Shown here: positions 10,073 to 18,910 of the stretch, in pieces
How the letters are laid out: every line of letters begins with the position of its first letter
How positions within the stretch are numbered: position 1 is the first letter of the stretch
Assembly (NCBI GenBank): GCA_963754315.1
Contig: CAVWFS010000007.1
Location: forward strand, 576,001-640,000
Origin: an uncultured Candidatus Rokubacteria bacterium
Lineage (GTDB): Bacteria; Methylomirabilota; Methylomirabilia; Rokubacteriales; CSP1-6
Length of the DNA: 64,000 nt
Direction: 5' to 3'
Position numbers and translations under genes: made by a program
The notes under the pieces: model-generated
Told to the model about the DNA's origin: nothing
What the model saw: the letters and a program-made list of their open reading frames with translations, nothing else
Databases searched by the model: none

Positions 10073-11626
10073 CTATGAGGGCGACTTCAGCGACATGTCG
10101 TACGCCTTCAGCAACTCGTCGCTGCGCGCCTTCCAGTTGAGCCGCTTGCTGACCCCGTACAGATCGACCTGCTGGTAGAGCGGAACCGCCGGTACCTCCT
10201 CGACCCACAGCTTGTTGATGCGCCAGTACTGGTCCTGACGCTTCTTCTCGTCCATGATCGTCTGGGCCTCGTCCACCATCCGGTTGAAATCCTCGTTGTG
10301 CCAGTTCACGAAGATGTTCCCGGAGCGGAAGAGCGGTACGTAGACCGTCTCGGCGTCGACGGTGGGCGTCCCCCAACCGATGAGCCAGACGGGTCCGGCC
10401 TTGTGGACGTACACCATGTTGTTGAGATAGTTCACGAACTCGAATGTCCGCAAGGTCGTCCGGATCCCGGCCTTGTTCAGCTGCCCCGTCACGGCTTCCG
10501 CGACTTCCTTGTCGCGAACGTAGCGTCCCTGGGGACCGTTGAGGACGATGTCAACGCCGTTGGGGAAGCCCGCCTCACTCAGCAGCTTCTTGGTCTTGGC
10601 CAGATCCTGCTTGATGGGCTTGAGGTTCGGATCGAACCCGAAGTGCATGCTGGTCAGCATGGTCGCCGCGCGCATGGCCTTGCCGTCAAGAACACCCTGG
10701 ATGATCTCGTCGGCATCGACGGCGGAGGCGATGGCCTGCCGCACTCGCTTATCAGCGGTAGGGCCGGCGTAGGGTCCCACCGGTTTGTGCTGGGCGTCCA
10801 TCTGGTGCGTGTACATCATCAGCTGGATTGTGCGGATGCTCGGGGCCGTCGACAGGAAGAGCTTCGGATGGTTCCCGATGATCGTGGCCAGATGCGGCGG
10901 AATGTTCACGGCCACGTCGATCTCACCGTTCTGGAGGGCAGCCACCCGCACCGCGTCGTCGGGGATCGGCCGGAACACCACGGTCTTGATCTTGGGCTCG
11001 CCGCGCCAGTTCGCCGGGAAGGCCTCCAGCACGATCTCTTCGTCCTTCGACCATCGCACGAACTTATAGGCGCCTGTCCCAATGGGACCCCGGGAGATGG
11101 CCGCGGTATCCTTGTTCGCGTACTCTTTGGGCGGATACATGGCCGCCTGGCGAAAGGTGAGCGCGTTGACCAGGATAGGCCAGGGCTTCTTCGTGTGGAC
11201 GCGGACCGTGTAGGCGTCGACGACTTCGACCCTGTCGATGGGGCCGAACGAGGAGCTTCCCCGCAGCTTGTTGGCGGGATTGGCCACTCGTTCGAGGCTG
11301 AACTTCACCGCGTCCGCGTTGAATTCCTCGCCGTTGTGAAACTTCACACCCTTGCGGAGCTTGATCTCCCATACGGTCGGTGTCACCAGCTTTGGCAACT
11401 CGGCGGCCAAGGCCGGCACGACTTTGAGGTTCTGGTCCCGCTCGACGAGGGTGTCGAACATCTGGGCGCCCACGTTCGAGGCCGGCTGCTCCTGCTGGTT
11501 CATCATGTCGAGCGTGGTCGGATCAACGCCTTGGGCGATGACCACCTTGCCGACGGGGGCGGCGCTGGCAGCCACGGGGGCGGCCAGCAAAGCCAGAACA
11601 GATACAACGGTGCGCCATGGTTTCAT
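10073..11626 (-). CDS. ABC transporter substrate-binding protein, family 5 (DppA/OppA-like)
   Basis: Signal peptide, LRKGVKFHNG, PIGTGAYKF, DKRVRQAI; GGAGGAGG RBS before ATG 11626. Confidence 0.93.
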   Translation of the reverse strand: MKPWRTVVSVLALLAAPVAASAAPVGKVVIAQGVDPTTLDMMNQQEQPASNVGAQMFDTLVERDQNLKVVPALAAELPKLVTPTVWEIKLRKGVKFHNGEEFNADAVKFSLERVANPANKLRGSSSFGPIDRVEVVDAYTVRVHTKKPWPILVNALTFRQAAMYPPKEYANKDTAAISRGPIGTGAYKFVRWSKDEEIVLEAFPANWRGEPKIKTVVFRPIPDDAVRVAALQNGEIDVAVNIPPHLATIIGNHPKLFLSTAPSIRTIQLMMYTHQMDAQHKPVGPYAGPTADKRVRQAIASAVDADEIIQGVLDGKAMRAATMLTSMHFGFDPNLKPIKQDLAKTKKLLSEAGFPNGVDIVLNGPQGRYVRDKEVAEAVTGQLNKAGIRTTLRTFEFVNYLNNMVYVHKAGPVWLIGWGTPTVDAETVYVPLFRSGNIFVNWHNEDFNRMVDEAQTIMDEKKRQDQYWRINKLWVEEVPAVPLYQQVDLYGVSKRLNWKARSDELLKAYDMSLKSPS

Positions 11627-11692
11627 TGAAGCCTCCTCCATCGAGGGGATCGTTCCCGAAGCATGCCGCCCTGCGGCAGAGTGCCCGATACT

Positions 11693-13129
11693 CTAGAGAC
11701 GGCGGCCCGGTGAGTCAAGAAACGCCAGGGCTTCCTCCCGGGTTCCGACCTTTCCCAAGGCCTGGGCCTCTCGCGCGCGGGCAAGGAGGCGCCCAACGGC
11801 CGGACCGGGACCGATCCCGAAGTGTCCCATCACGTCCTCCCCTCGGAGCAGAGGTGGAGCCGTCTCAGCTTCGAGAGCCTTGGTCTGGCTCGCCAGAAGG
11901 TGCCGCACGACGATAGCCCGCCGCCAGACCGACAGGGGTGAGGTGCCGGTCACGGCGGCCCCATCGACAAGCGCCAGCAGGAGGAGGTCACGAGCCTCGT
12001 CGCCCAGGTCCCGGAAGAACCGATAGCGGGCTCGTGCGGTTACCGTACCGGCCTGGGCGAGGTGCATTGGCCTCAAGTGGTGACGGACCAGGCGCTCCAC
12101 CACCTCCGTGGCCCGCTTCGGCAAGCGCAGACGCTCCCCGATGCCCCGGACGCGACGGGCGCCGATCACATCGTGCTCGAAGAACCTGACTCGACCGTGG
12201 ATCACCTGCCGGGTCTCCGGCTTGGCGACGTCGTGAAGAAGGGCGGCGATCTTGAGCGTCTGACGCCGATCCACGCCGCCCCCGAGTTGCTCGAGCATGT
12301 GCGCGCCGAGATCATCGCCGAACGGGGCCAGTATCGGGAGGCGCTCTAGCAGCCGATCGGCGCCAGCCAGCGCGCGCATGGAGTGCTCCAGGACCGCGAA
12401 GCGGTGGGGTGCTGGTTGGGACGTGACCCGCATCGGCTCCACTTCGGGCATCACCACGCTCAGCAGCCCCAGGGTGTCCATTCGTCTGAATGCGCGGGCG
12501 GAGGTCAGGGTCGCCAGAATCGCCAGCAACTCCTCCCGAATGCGTTCGGCAGACACCCGGGTGAGATCCCCGGCGGAGGCATGGATGGCACGTCGGGTCG
12601 ATCGGGTCAGCGTGAAACCCAGGGCCGCCTCGAGACGAACACCGCGAAGCCCCCGGAGCGGGTCATCGATCAATGCGGCTTGCCCGGTGAGGCGCAGGCG
12701 GCGCGCCCGGAGATCGCCGAGCCCTCCGGTGGGATCGATCACGCGCGCCCGTCCGTTTCGCAAGAGCTCACGCAGCGGTACCGCGAGAGCGTTGACCCGG
12801 TAGTCCCGGAGGGCAAGGTCGCTCGCCAAGGTAGGAGCCCGAAAGTCGGTGACGTCGATCCGGTGATCGCGCGCGATGATCCGGGTCGCACCACGCTCGG
12901 CATCGAGGACCACGACCGCCCCGTCCAGCAACGCGCCGGCGCGCTGAGCGAAGGCGAGAGCCCCGTGCTCCACGGCGACGTCGACGTCGACACCCGGCCG
13001 CCTCAGCAGCCCGTCGCGTACGCTGCCGCCCACGAGCGCGGGCGACGCTCGCGGTCCGGCCGCTCGCAGCAGGGCGCGCAGGATGGCGATCGTCGACACG
13101 CCCAGCCGGTCGAGCGCGAAGGTGGCCAT
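11693..13129 (-). CDS. Class II tRNA nucleotidyltransferase with HD domain (probably CC-adding type)
   Basis: LVGGSVRD, DVD, DLALRDYRVNALA, DPTGGLGDL, DDPLR, SAERIREE, LLHDVAK. Confidence 0.85.
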   Translation of the reverse strand: MATFALDRLGVSTIAILRALLRAAGPRASPALVGGSVRDGLLRRPGVDVDVAVEHGALAFAQRAGALLDGAVVVLDAERGATRIIARDHRIDVTDFRAPTLASDLALRDYRVNALAVPLRELLRNGRARVIDPTGGLGDLRARRLRLTGQAALIDDPLRGLRGVRLEAALGFTLTRSTRRAIHASAGDLTRVSAERIREELLAILATLTSARAFRRMDTLGLLSVVMPEVEPMRVTSQPAPHRFAVLEHSMRALAGADRLLERLPILAPFGDDLGAHMLEQLGGGVDRRQTLKIAALLHDVAKPETRQVIHGRVRFFEHDVIGARRVRGIGERLRLPKRATEVVERLVRHHLRPMHLAQAGTVTARARYRFFRDLGDEARDLLLLALVDGAAVTGTSPLSVWRRAIVVRHLLASQTKALEAETAPPLLRGEDVMGHFGIGPGPAVGRLLARAREAQALGKVGTREEALAFLDSPGRRL

Positions 13130-13157
13130 GGTACCCTCCACTCTAGCCCGGGGACCC

Positions 13158-13976
13158 GTGCGCTACTTTGACGCCCACGTTCATCTGCATCCGACCCGAC
13201 TGGCCACCGCCATCAGCCAGTGGTTCGCCCGGGAGAACTGGCATGCCGCCCACTCCTTCGATCCGCAGGCGGTCGTCGATACGCTGCGCGCGCGGGGCGT
13301 CGATCGTTTCTGCTTCTTCACCTACGGTCACAAGCCCGGCATGGCCCGCGCGCTCAATGAGTGGGTGGCGGAGACCGCTTCACGCTTTCCCGAAGCCATC
13401 CCTCTCGGAACCCTGCACGCCGATGAGGCGGACGTCGAGGCCACCGCGCGCGACGCGCTGGAGGGGCTCGGCCTGCGCGGCTTCAAGTTCCACCACTCCG
13501 TCCAGCGCTTTCACGTCGATGACCCTCGCCTGTTCCCCGTGTACGAGCGCTGCGAAGCGGAGGGACATTGCTTCATGCTGCACGTGGGTACGATGCCCTA
13601 CCGGGATCCCTTCACCGGCTACGAGCGCTTCGCCCGGGTGATGGCTCGCTTTCCACGGCTTCGCGTGTGCGTGGCCCATATGGGCGCCTTCGAGAGCGAT
13701 CGCTTCCTGGCCCTCACCGCGCGCTACCCACACCTCTACCTCGATACCACCATGGCCCTGACCAGCGCCGCCACTCCGTACGTGGGCGCCGAGCCCACCG
13801 CGATCACGGACGACGAGCTCCTACGCTATCAAGACCGCATCATGTTCGGCTCGGACTTTCCGCTGATCCCCTACGACTATGACGAGGAACGGCGGTGGGC
13901 GGAGGCCCGAGGCCTGCCCGCCGCCGTGCAGGCCAAGATCTTCCACGATAATGCGGTAGCGTTTTTTGGGGCCTAG
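13158..13976 (+). CDS. Amidohydrolase-2 family metal-dependent hydrolase
   Basis: DAHVH, GFKFH, VAHMG, LYLDT, MFGSDFP. Confidence 0.88.
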   Translation: MRYFDAHVHLHPTRLATAISQWFARENWHAAHSFDPQAVVDTLRARGVDRFCFFTYGHKPGMARALNEWVAETASRFPEAIPLGTLHADEADVEATARDALEGLGLRGFKFHHSVQRFHVDDPRLFPVYERCEAEGHCFMLHVGTMPYRDPFTGYERFARVMARFPRLRVCVAHMGAFESDRFLALTARYPHLYLDTTMALTSAATPYVGAEPTAITDDELLRYQDRIMFGSDFPLIPYDYDEERRWAEARGLPAAVQAKIFHDNAVAFFGA

Positions 13977-14860
13977 CGAAGCTCGAGCCCCTCGGCGCCG
14001 ATCCGGTACTCGGCAATCTCGTCGCTCATGGCGCTGCCCCGATGTTTGACGACGCATAGCATGCGCGCCAGCCGGGGGCCGACGCGCTCGCTGCCCATGA
14101 CGATGATCGTGTTGGCGGTGGCGCCGATGTCACCGGTGGCCACCTTGCGCGCCAAGAGATCTTCCAGACGGGTCTCCTCGGTCGTGACGAGCAAGAGGGT
14201 GGCGATTCGCGTGTGGTCGTAGCAATGGCCATCGATGAACTCGCGATGCTTCCACACGGGCATGCAGATCTCCATGCCCACGGTCTCCGCGTCACGATGG
14301 ATCACCTTCCGGTACAGCTCATCGAAGATGAAAAACTGGATGGAATCGGCGGGAGAATCCATCGGCTCCACGCCGTCGACCGTCACTCGCCGCGTGCCGG
14401 CGGCGAAGTGAAAGTAGAGGAACGGCCGCACCGTGTAGAGCGCCTGGTTATAACTGGCCTTCCAGTTCCAGTCGAACTCCCAGCCGCTGTCGACAGTGGG
14501 GACCTGGAAGTCGCGCACCCGACCCACCCACGGCAACGCGTTCGAGTAGAAGGCTTCCATCGCGGCCGGCGGTGGGTAGGGGTCGGCCATGGGGACGACC
14601 GTGTGGGACCACGCGCGCAGGGTCCATCGGAAGAGCCGCGCCGCGTATTCGTCGTGTTGCTGGGAATCGCCGCGACCATTGAGGTCGAGAATCACGCCGC
14701 GCGCACCGTCGGCCGTCCGTCCGTAATCGGCGAAGGTCAAGCCGAGATGGGTCTTGCCGATTCCGGTGGCCCCATACACCACGGTCAGTGTTCCGGGAAG
14801 GAGGCCGCCGCCGAGCATCGCATCGAGCTTGGGAATACCGGTCGAGACACGTTCACTCAC
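13973..14860 (-). CDS. RecA-superfamily (KaiC/RAD55-like) single-domain ATPase
   Basis: RVSTGIPKLDAMLGGG, Walker A GATGIGKT, Walker B-like VTVDG, C-terminal VVKHRGS...YRIGAEGL. Confidence 0.85.
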   Translation of the reverse strand: MSERVSTGIPKLDAMLGGGLLPGTLTVVYGATGIGKTHLGLTFADYGRTADGARGVILDLNGRGDSQQHDEYAARLFRWTLRAWSHTVVPMADPYPPPAAMEAFYSNALPWVGRVRDFQVPTVDSGWEFDWNWKASYNQALYTVRPFLYFHFAAGTRRVTVDGVEPMDSPADSIQFFIFDELYRKVIHRDAETVGMEICMPVWKHREFIDGHCYDHTRIATLLLVTTEETRLEDLLARKVATGDIGATANTIIVMGSERVGPRLARMLCVVKHRGSAMSDEIAEYRIGAEGLELR

Positions 14861-14879
14861 AGGCGCGAATTGTAGCAGG

Positions 14880-16436
14880 CTAGACCAGCCCCTTGGTCTC
14901 AAACTGCTGCTCGTAGCGGGCACGGAGTTCGGCCAAGGTGGTGGCCTGGGCAGGATCCTTGTCGTCACGGACTCGCACGATGCGCGCGAAGCGCAGGGCC
15001 AGCCCCGACCGGTAAGTCGGGCTCTTCTGAATCTCGTTATACGCGACCTCCACCACCGTCTGGGGCCGCACGCGGACCGTATAGCCATCGTCGCTCACGG
15101 CCAGGCCGCGCAAGCGCACGGTCATCTCGGCGAACTCGTGGTCGGTCAATCCCTTGAAGGTCTTCCCCACCTCGGCGTAGCCGACGTTGTCCAGCACCGC
15201 GAGGTGGTAGTTCGAGAGCCACCCGCGGCGGCGGCCGGACCCGCGGTCGGCGGCCACGATGACGCAGTCGATCGTGTCCGGGCTCTTCAGCTTGAACCAG
15301 CGCTTGCCTCGGCTTCCTGGAGCGTAGAGGCTGTCGAGGTCCTTGGCCATCACGCCCTCATGACCGGCCGCCCGGGCCCGAGCATGGAACTGCTGTCCAG
15401 CCTCGACCGTGGTGACGATCTCCCGCTCGGCGAGATGGCTACCACCCGTCATCTGGACGAGCGCATTCCAGCGCGTCTGGTAGGGCTCGTCGATTAACGA
15501 GCGCCCCTCGACCATGAGGCAGTCGAAGAGGTGGAGGCTCAGCGGCACTTCACCCACGAGCGACGGGACGTCGTGAATCCTTCGAAACCTGCGCATCAAC
15601 TCCTGAAAGGGCCGCGGCCGGCCCGCCCCGTCGAGCGCCACGACCTCGCCGTCCACGATGAGGGGAGCTCCGCGCACGTCACGGCGGACCAGGGAGGCGA
15701 GGTCCGGTAGGCTGGTCGTGATGTCGGCGAGGCCTCGCGTCCAGATCGCCACCCGCGAGCCATCGCTGTGCAGTTGGGCCCGGGCGCCGTCGTACTTGTA
15801 TTCGAGGGCCGTGCGGCCATTGTGCGCGGCCAGGACCTCGCCGAAATCGGTGGCTATCTCTGCCAGCATGGGCAGCAATGGGACGAACAGCTGCGGGCCG
15901 ACCTTCGCCAGGGCCTCGGCGCTTCCCCGGCGTGCGAGAGCCGCCACCGCGGACAGGTCCCCGAGAAAGAGCATGGCGCGGCGTACGAGCTCGGCGTCGG
16001 CGCCCGCGGCTTCGGCGATCGCCTCGAGGACGATCCCTTCCGAGGCGCCCGTTCGCATTTCGCCCTCGACGATCCTGCCCAGAATCTCACGCTCGTCCGC
16101 CGAGGCGCGCTCGATCAGGGAAGACAACTGCCCTTCGCGAAGCCGGCGAGCGCCGGGACCGGCAACATCGGCCACAGCGCCGAACGCGGCGGCCACGTCG
16201 GCGATGGTGAGGGGCGGTGACGAAGGCACCGGCTGTGCGGCGGGAAGTCCTCGCACACTCAACACGCGCCGGTCCGAGGCCGGAAACGCTCGGCCCGTGA
16301 GAAAGGCAACGGCACTCTCGATCTCCGCCGGATCGAGACCGCGTAGGAACTCCGCGAGGAGGCGGCGTTTCTCGAGGCGCCCACGGCTGTCCGCCAAGCG
16401 CCGACACAGCGACACGAGCTCCCCGAACGGTGTCAC
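14880..16436 (-). CDS. ATP-dependent DNA ligase (LigB-like)
   Basis: EYKYDGAR adenylation motif, IVDGEVV, EGVMAK, WFKLK, ALRFARIVRVRDDK. Confidence 0.95.
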   Translation of the reverse strand: MTPFGELVSLCRRLADSRGRLEKRRLLAEFLRGLDPAEIESAVAFLTGRAFPASDRRVLSVRGLPAAQPVPSSPPLTIADVAAAFGAVADVAGPGARRLREGQLSSLIERASADEREILGRIVEGEMRTGASEGIVLEAIAEAAGADAELVRRAMLFLGDLSAVAALARRGSAEALAKVGPQLFVPLLPMLAEIATDFGEVLAAHNGRTALEYKYDGARAQLHSDGSRVAIWTRGLADITTSLPDLASLVRRDVRGAPLIVDGEVVALDGAGRPRPFQELMRRFRRIHDVPSLVGEVPLSLHLFDCLMVEGRSLIDEPYQTRWNALVQMTGGSHLAEREIVTTVEAGQQFHARARAAGHEGVMAKDLDSLYAPGSRGKRWFKLKSPDTIDCVIVAADRGSGRRRGWLSNYHLAVLDNVGYAEVGKTFKGLTDHEFAEMTVRLRGLAVSDDGYTVRVRPQTVVEVAYNEIQKSPTYRSGLALRFARIVRVRDDKDPAQATTLAELRARYEQQFETKGLV

Positions 16437-16464
16437 TCGTCCATTATCGGACAGCGCATCGGCG

Positions 16465-16566
16465 TCAGGCCGCGATCAACAGGGCGACGAGAGCCCAGGC
16501 AGCAAGACCGCCGAGAGCCAGGAACGCCCGTCCGCTTTCTTGCACTGCGGCACGGGCAGTCCTCAC
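16465..16566 (-). CDS. Putative 33-aa single-TM small protein
   Basis: GTG 16566 gives MRTARAAVQESGRAFLALGGLAAWALVALLIAA*. It lies just downstream of a terminator, with AATACT 6 nt before the start. Confidence 0.4.
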   Translation of the reverse strand: MRTARAAVQESGRAFLALGGLAAWALVALLIAA

Positions 16567-16585
16567 CTGTTGAGTATTCTTGGCC

Positions 16586-16626
16586 AAAAAAAAGGGCCGT
16601 CGGCGAGCAGGTTGCTCGGCGAGGCC
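16586..16626 (-). terminator. Rho-independent terminator downstream of lexA
   Basis: Minus strand GGCCTCGCCGAGCAACCTGCTCGCCGACGGCCC followed by T8. Confidence 0.75.
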
Positions 16627-16763
16627 GATTCGACTACGCCGGGACCGTGACCGTGCCATTGCCGCTGAGCCGCGCCTGAAACACCGGCTGAGTACGCGAT
16701 TGCGGAGAGATGGGTATCGTGACGTTCTTGCTTGCATGAGTAACCTTCCTTCCGGAATTGCTT

Positions 16764-17399
16764 CTAGAAACCCCTGACGACGCCGATGACCTTGCCGAGG
16801 ATCTTGAGGGCTCGCGAGCGCAGGTCGACGACGATCGGTCCCAGTGCCGGATTCTCGGGTTTGAGGACAACGCGCGACCCGTCGGGAACGAAGCGCTTCA
16901 CGGTCGCTTCCGCTTCGGCCCCCTCTCCCAGCATGGCCACCACGATGTCGTTCGGCTCGGCTGCGCCCTGCTTTCTGACGATGACCAGGTCCCCGTCGCA
17001 GATGTGAGCCCCGATCATGCTGTCACCGCGGACGCGCAGGGCAAAAAAGTCCTCGGCAGGGCCTGGCAGCGCGCTCGCGGCAAGCGGCAACTCTCCGTCA
17101 CGGTGCTCCTCGGCCAGCAACGGCGCGCCGGCCGCGATGCGCCCGAGCACCGGCACTCGTCGGAACTCACCCGCTTGCGGGGGCCGAGCCACGGTGAGAG
17201 CGCGTGATGTTCGGCCAGCGCTTTCGCGTCGCTTGAGAGCCCCCTTCCGCTCCAGTGCTCTCAGGTGATCAAACGCCGCTCGCGGTGTCACCCGAAAGCG
17301 CTCGCCGATCTCCCGAACAGTCGGAGGCATGCCGTGCTGAACGGTGAAGGCGCCGATGAACGTGAGGACGTCTTGCTGCCGTTCAGTGAGCTCGCGCAT
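16764..17399 (-). CDS. lexA: SOS repressor LexA
   Basis: LTERQ, PPTVREIG, HLRALERKG, VPVLGRIAAGAP (Ala-Gly cleavage site), LRVRGDSM (Ser), EATVKR (Lys). Confidence 0.97.
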   Translation of the reverse strand: MRELTERQQDVLTFIGAFTVQHGMPPTVREIGERFRVTPRAAFDHLRALERKGALKRRESAGRTSRALTVARPPQAGEFRRVPVLGRIAAGAPLLAEEHRDGELPLAASALPGPAEDFFALRVRGDSMIGAHICDGDLVIVRKQGAAEPNDIVVAMLGEGAEAEATVKRFVPDGSRVVLKPENPALGPIVVDLRSRALKILGKVIGVVRGF

Positions 17400-17417
17400 G
17401 CCCTTCCCTCCGCCGGC

Positions 17418-17447
17418 CAACATACTCAACGTATGTTGAGAAGTCAA
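17418..17447 (-). promoter_or_regulatory. lexA sigma-70 promoter with overlapping palindromic operator (candidate SOS box)
   Basis: Minus strand TTGACT-N17-TATGTT. The spacer holds CTCAAC-N4-GTTGAG, overlapped by CAACATAC-N5-GTATGTTG. Confidence 0.7.
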
Positions 17448-17489
17448 CTTTTGTGGCATGGGCGCGAAACGCGAAACGAGCCTGAAGAG

Positions 17490-17963
17490 CTAGGCCGGCT
17501 CCCAGGGCTCGCAGACGGGACAGGTCAGCAGACCACGGTCGCGTGCATCCGCGAGCTGCTTGAAGTAGACGCGGTCCGCCTCGGGGATGCGCTTGACCCA
17601 GGCGCAATCGAGACGATGAAACAGGCGGGAAGTCCGCTGGGCGCAGAAGGGTTCGGCTCTGGTCTCCCCGTCAACCGTGACCTCGGTCGTCGCCGGGACC
17701 TCCGCGAGCGGCGGCTCGGCGAGGGCTGGTGTGGGCTCGGCTGGAGGTGGGGTGGCCGTGACCTGGGCCCTGTCGTTCAGGCCGTCGGGGTCGTTGATGT
17801 GGAGGTTCGTTTCCACCGTCGAGCGGAACTCATCGCTCGCGCGGCGAAACTCCCGCATCGCTCGTCCGACCATCCGCCCCAGCTCGGGCAGCTTCGACGG
17901 ACCGAAAACCAGGAGGGCAAGGACGCCGATCAGCAGGATTTCCTGGAAACCGATGTCGAACAT
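17490..17963 (-). CDS. tatB: Tat translocase TatB/TatA-family subunit with C-terminal Ada-like Zn-binding domain
   Basis: [27 protein letters not shown]; Pro/Ala linker; FHRLDC...CPVCEP tail. Confidence 0.8.
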   Translation of the reverse strand: MFDIGFQEILLIGVLALLVFGPSKLPELGRMVGRAMREFRRASDEFRSTVETNLHINDPDGLNDRAQVTATPPPAEPTPALAEPPLAEVPATTEVTVDGETRAEPFCAQRTSRLFHRLDCAWVKRIPEADRVYFKQLADARDRGLLTCPVCEPWEPA

Positions 17964-17968
17964 GCAGG

Positions 17969-18910
17969 CTAGAGTACACCCCCGGTGTCGGGCCGTGCGA
18001 CCCCGACCACCCGGAGCAGTTCGTCGAACGACCGGATGATCACGTCAGCCTCCGCCCCGTCGGCATGTCCGTCGGGGGCGTACAGGACCGTTCGCATTCC
18101 GGCGGCGCGCCCGCCCCGCATGTCTGCGGCAGGGCTGTCACCCACCATGGCCGTGAGGTCGGGAACGACCCCCATCTGTCGCATCGTCATGTGAAAGAGG
18201 GATGGGTCGGGCTTCCCCACCACGAGCGGCCGTGCTCCTGCCGCCACCGCCACAGCTTCCACGAAGACGGCACACCCTGGGAGGAACTCGCCATTCTCGA
18301 CGGGCAGGCGCGGATCGAGGTTCGGCGTGACCAGCGGTGCTCCGCCGGCAACCGCCCGAGCAGCCGCCGTGATCCGAGTGTAGCTGACGTCGAAATCGTT
18401 CCCCACCACGACTACCGTGGTCTTTCGGTATGCATCAAACTCAAGGATCTGGTGGCCGCCCCGACGCACTGCCTCAACCAATTCGGGCGCGCCCATCACG
18501 AGGACGCGCGATCGGCCGAAGCGCTCGGTGATGAACTCTCCGATGATATCGAGGGGGGTCAGCACGTGCTGGGCGATGTCGATACCGTGTTCATGCAACC
18601 GCCGACGCAGATCCTCGCCAGAGGCGCGGGAGTTGTTGGAGAGAAAGCCCAGCGCGCGGCCGCTGGCGTGCAGGGCCATCAGCGCCCCGCGCGCACCCGG
18701 CTCCAGGGCCGAGCCTTGCCAGACGCACCCGTCGAGGTCGAAGACCAGCCCACGCAGGTGAGCGAGCTGGTTACTGATCGGCCGTCTCCCGTCGGAACGC
18801 CTCGATGGCCTCGGCGTAGAGCGTCTCGGTTCGAGCGGCCACACTCGCCCAACTGAATCGCTCCTCGACGCGGGCTCGACCGGCGTTGCCCATGGCCTGT
18901 GCCCGCCCAC
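17969..18910 (-). CDS. HAD-IIA (NagD-like) phosphatase; true start uncertain, domain begins near 18760
   Basis: [27 protein letters not shown]. The ORF N-terminus overlaps glgA and is probably spurious. Confidence 0.85.
   Translation of the reverse strand: MGGHRPWATPVEPASRSDSVGRVWPLEPRRSTPRPSRRSDGRRPISNQLAHLRGLVFDLDGCVWQGSALEPGARGALMALHASGRALGFLSNNSRASGEDLRRRLHEHGIDIAQHVLTPLDIIGEFITERFGRSRVLVMGAPELVEAVRRGGHQILEFDAYRKTTVVVVGNDFDVSYTRITAAARAVAGGAPLVTPNLDPRLPVENGEFLPGCAVFVEAVAVAAGARPLVVGKPDPSLFHMTMRQMGVVPDLTAMVGDSPAADMRGGRAAGMRTVLYAPDGHADGAEADVIIRSFDELLRVVGVARPDTGGVL

Noticed and set aside
13973..14860. Circadian clock KaiC
   Set aside because: Single domain only, with no kaiA or kaiB nearby.
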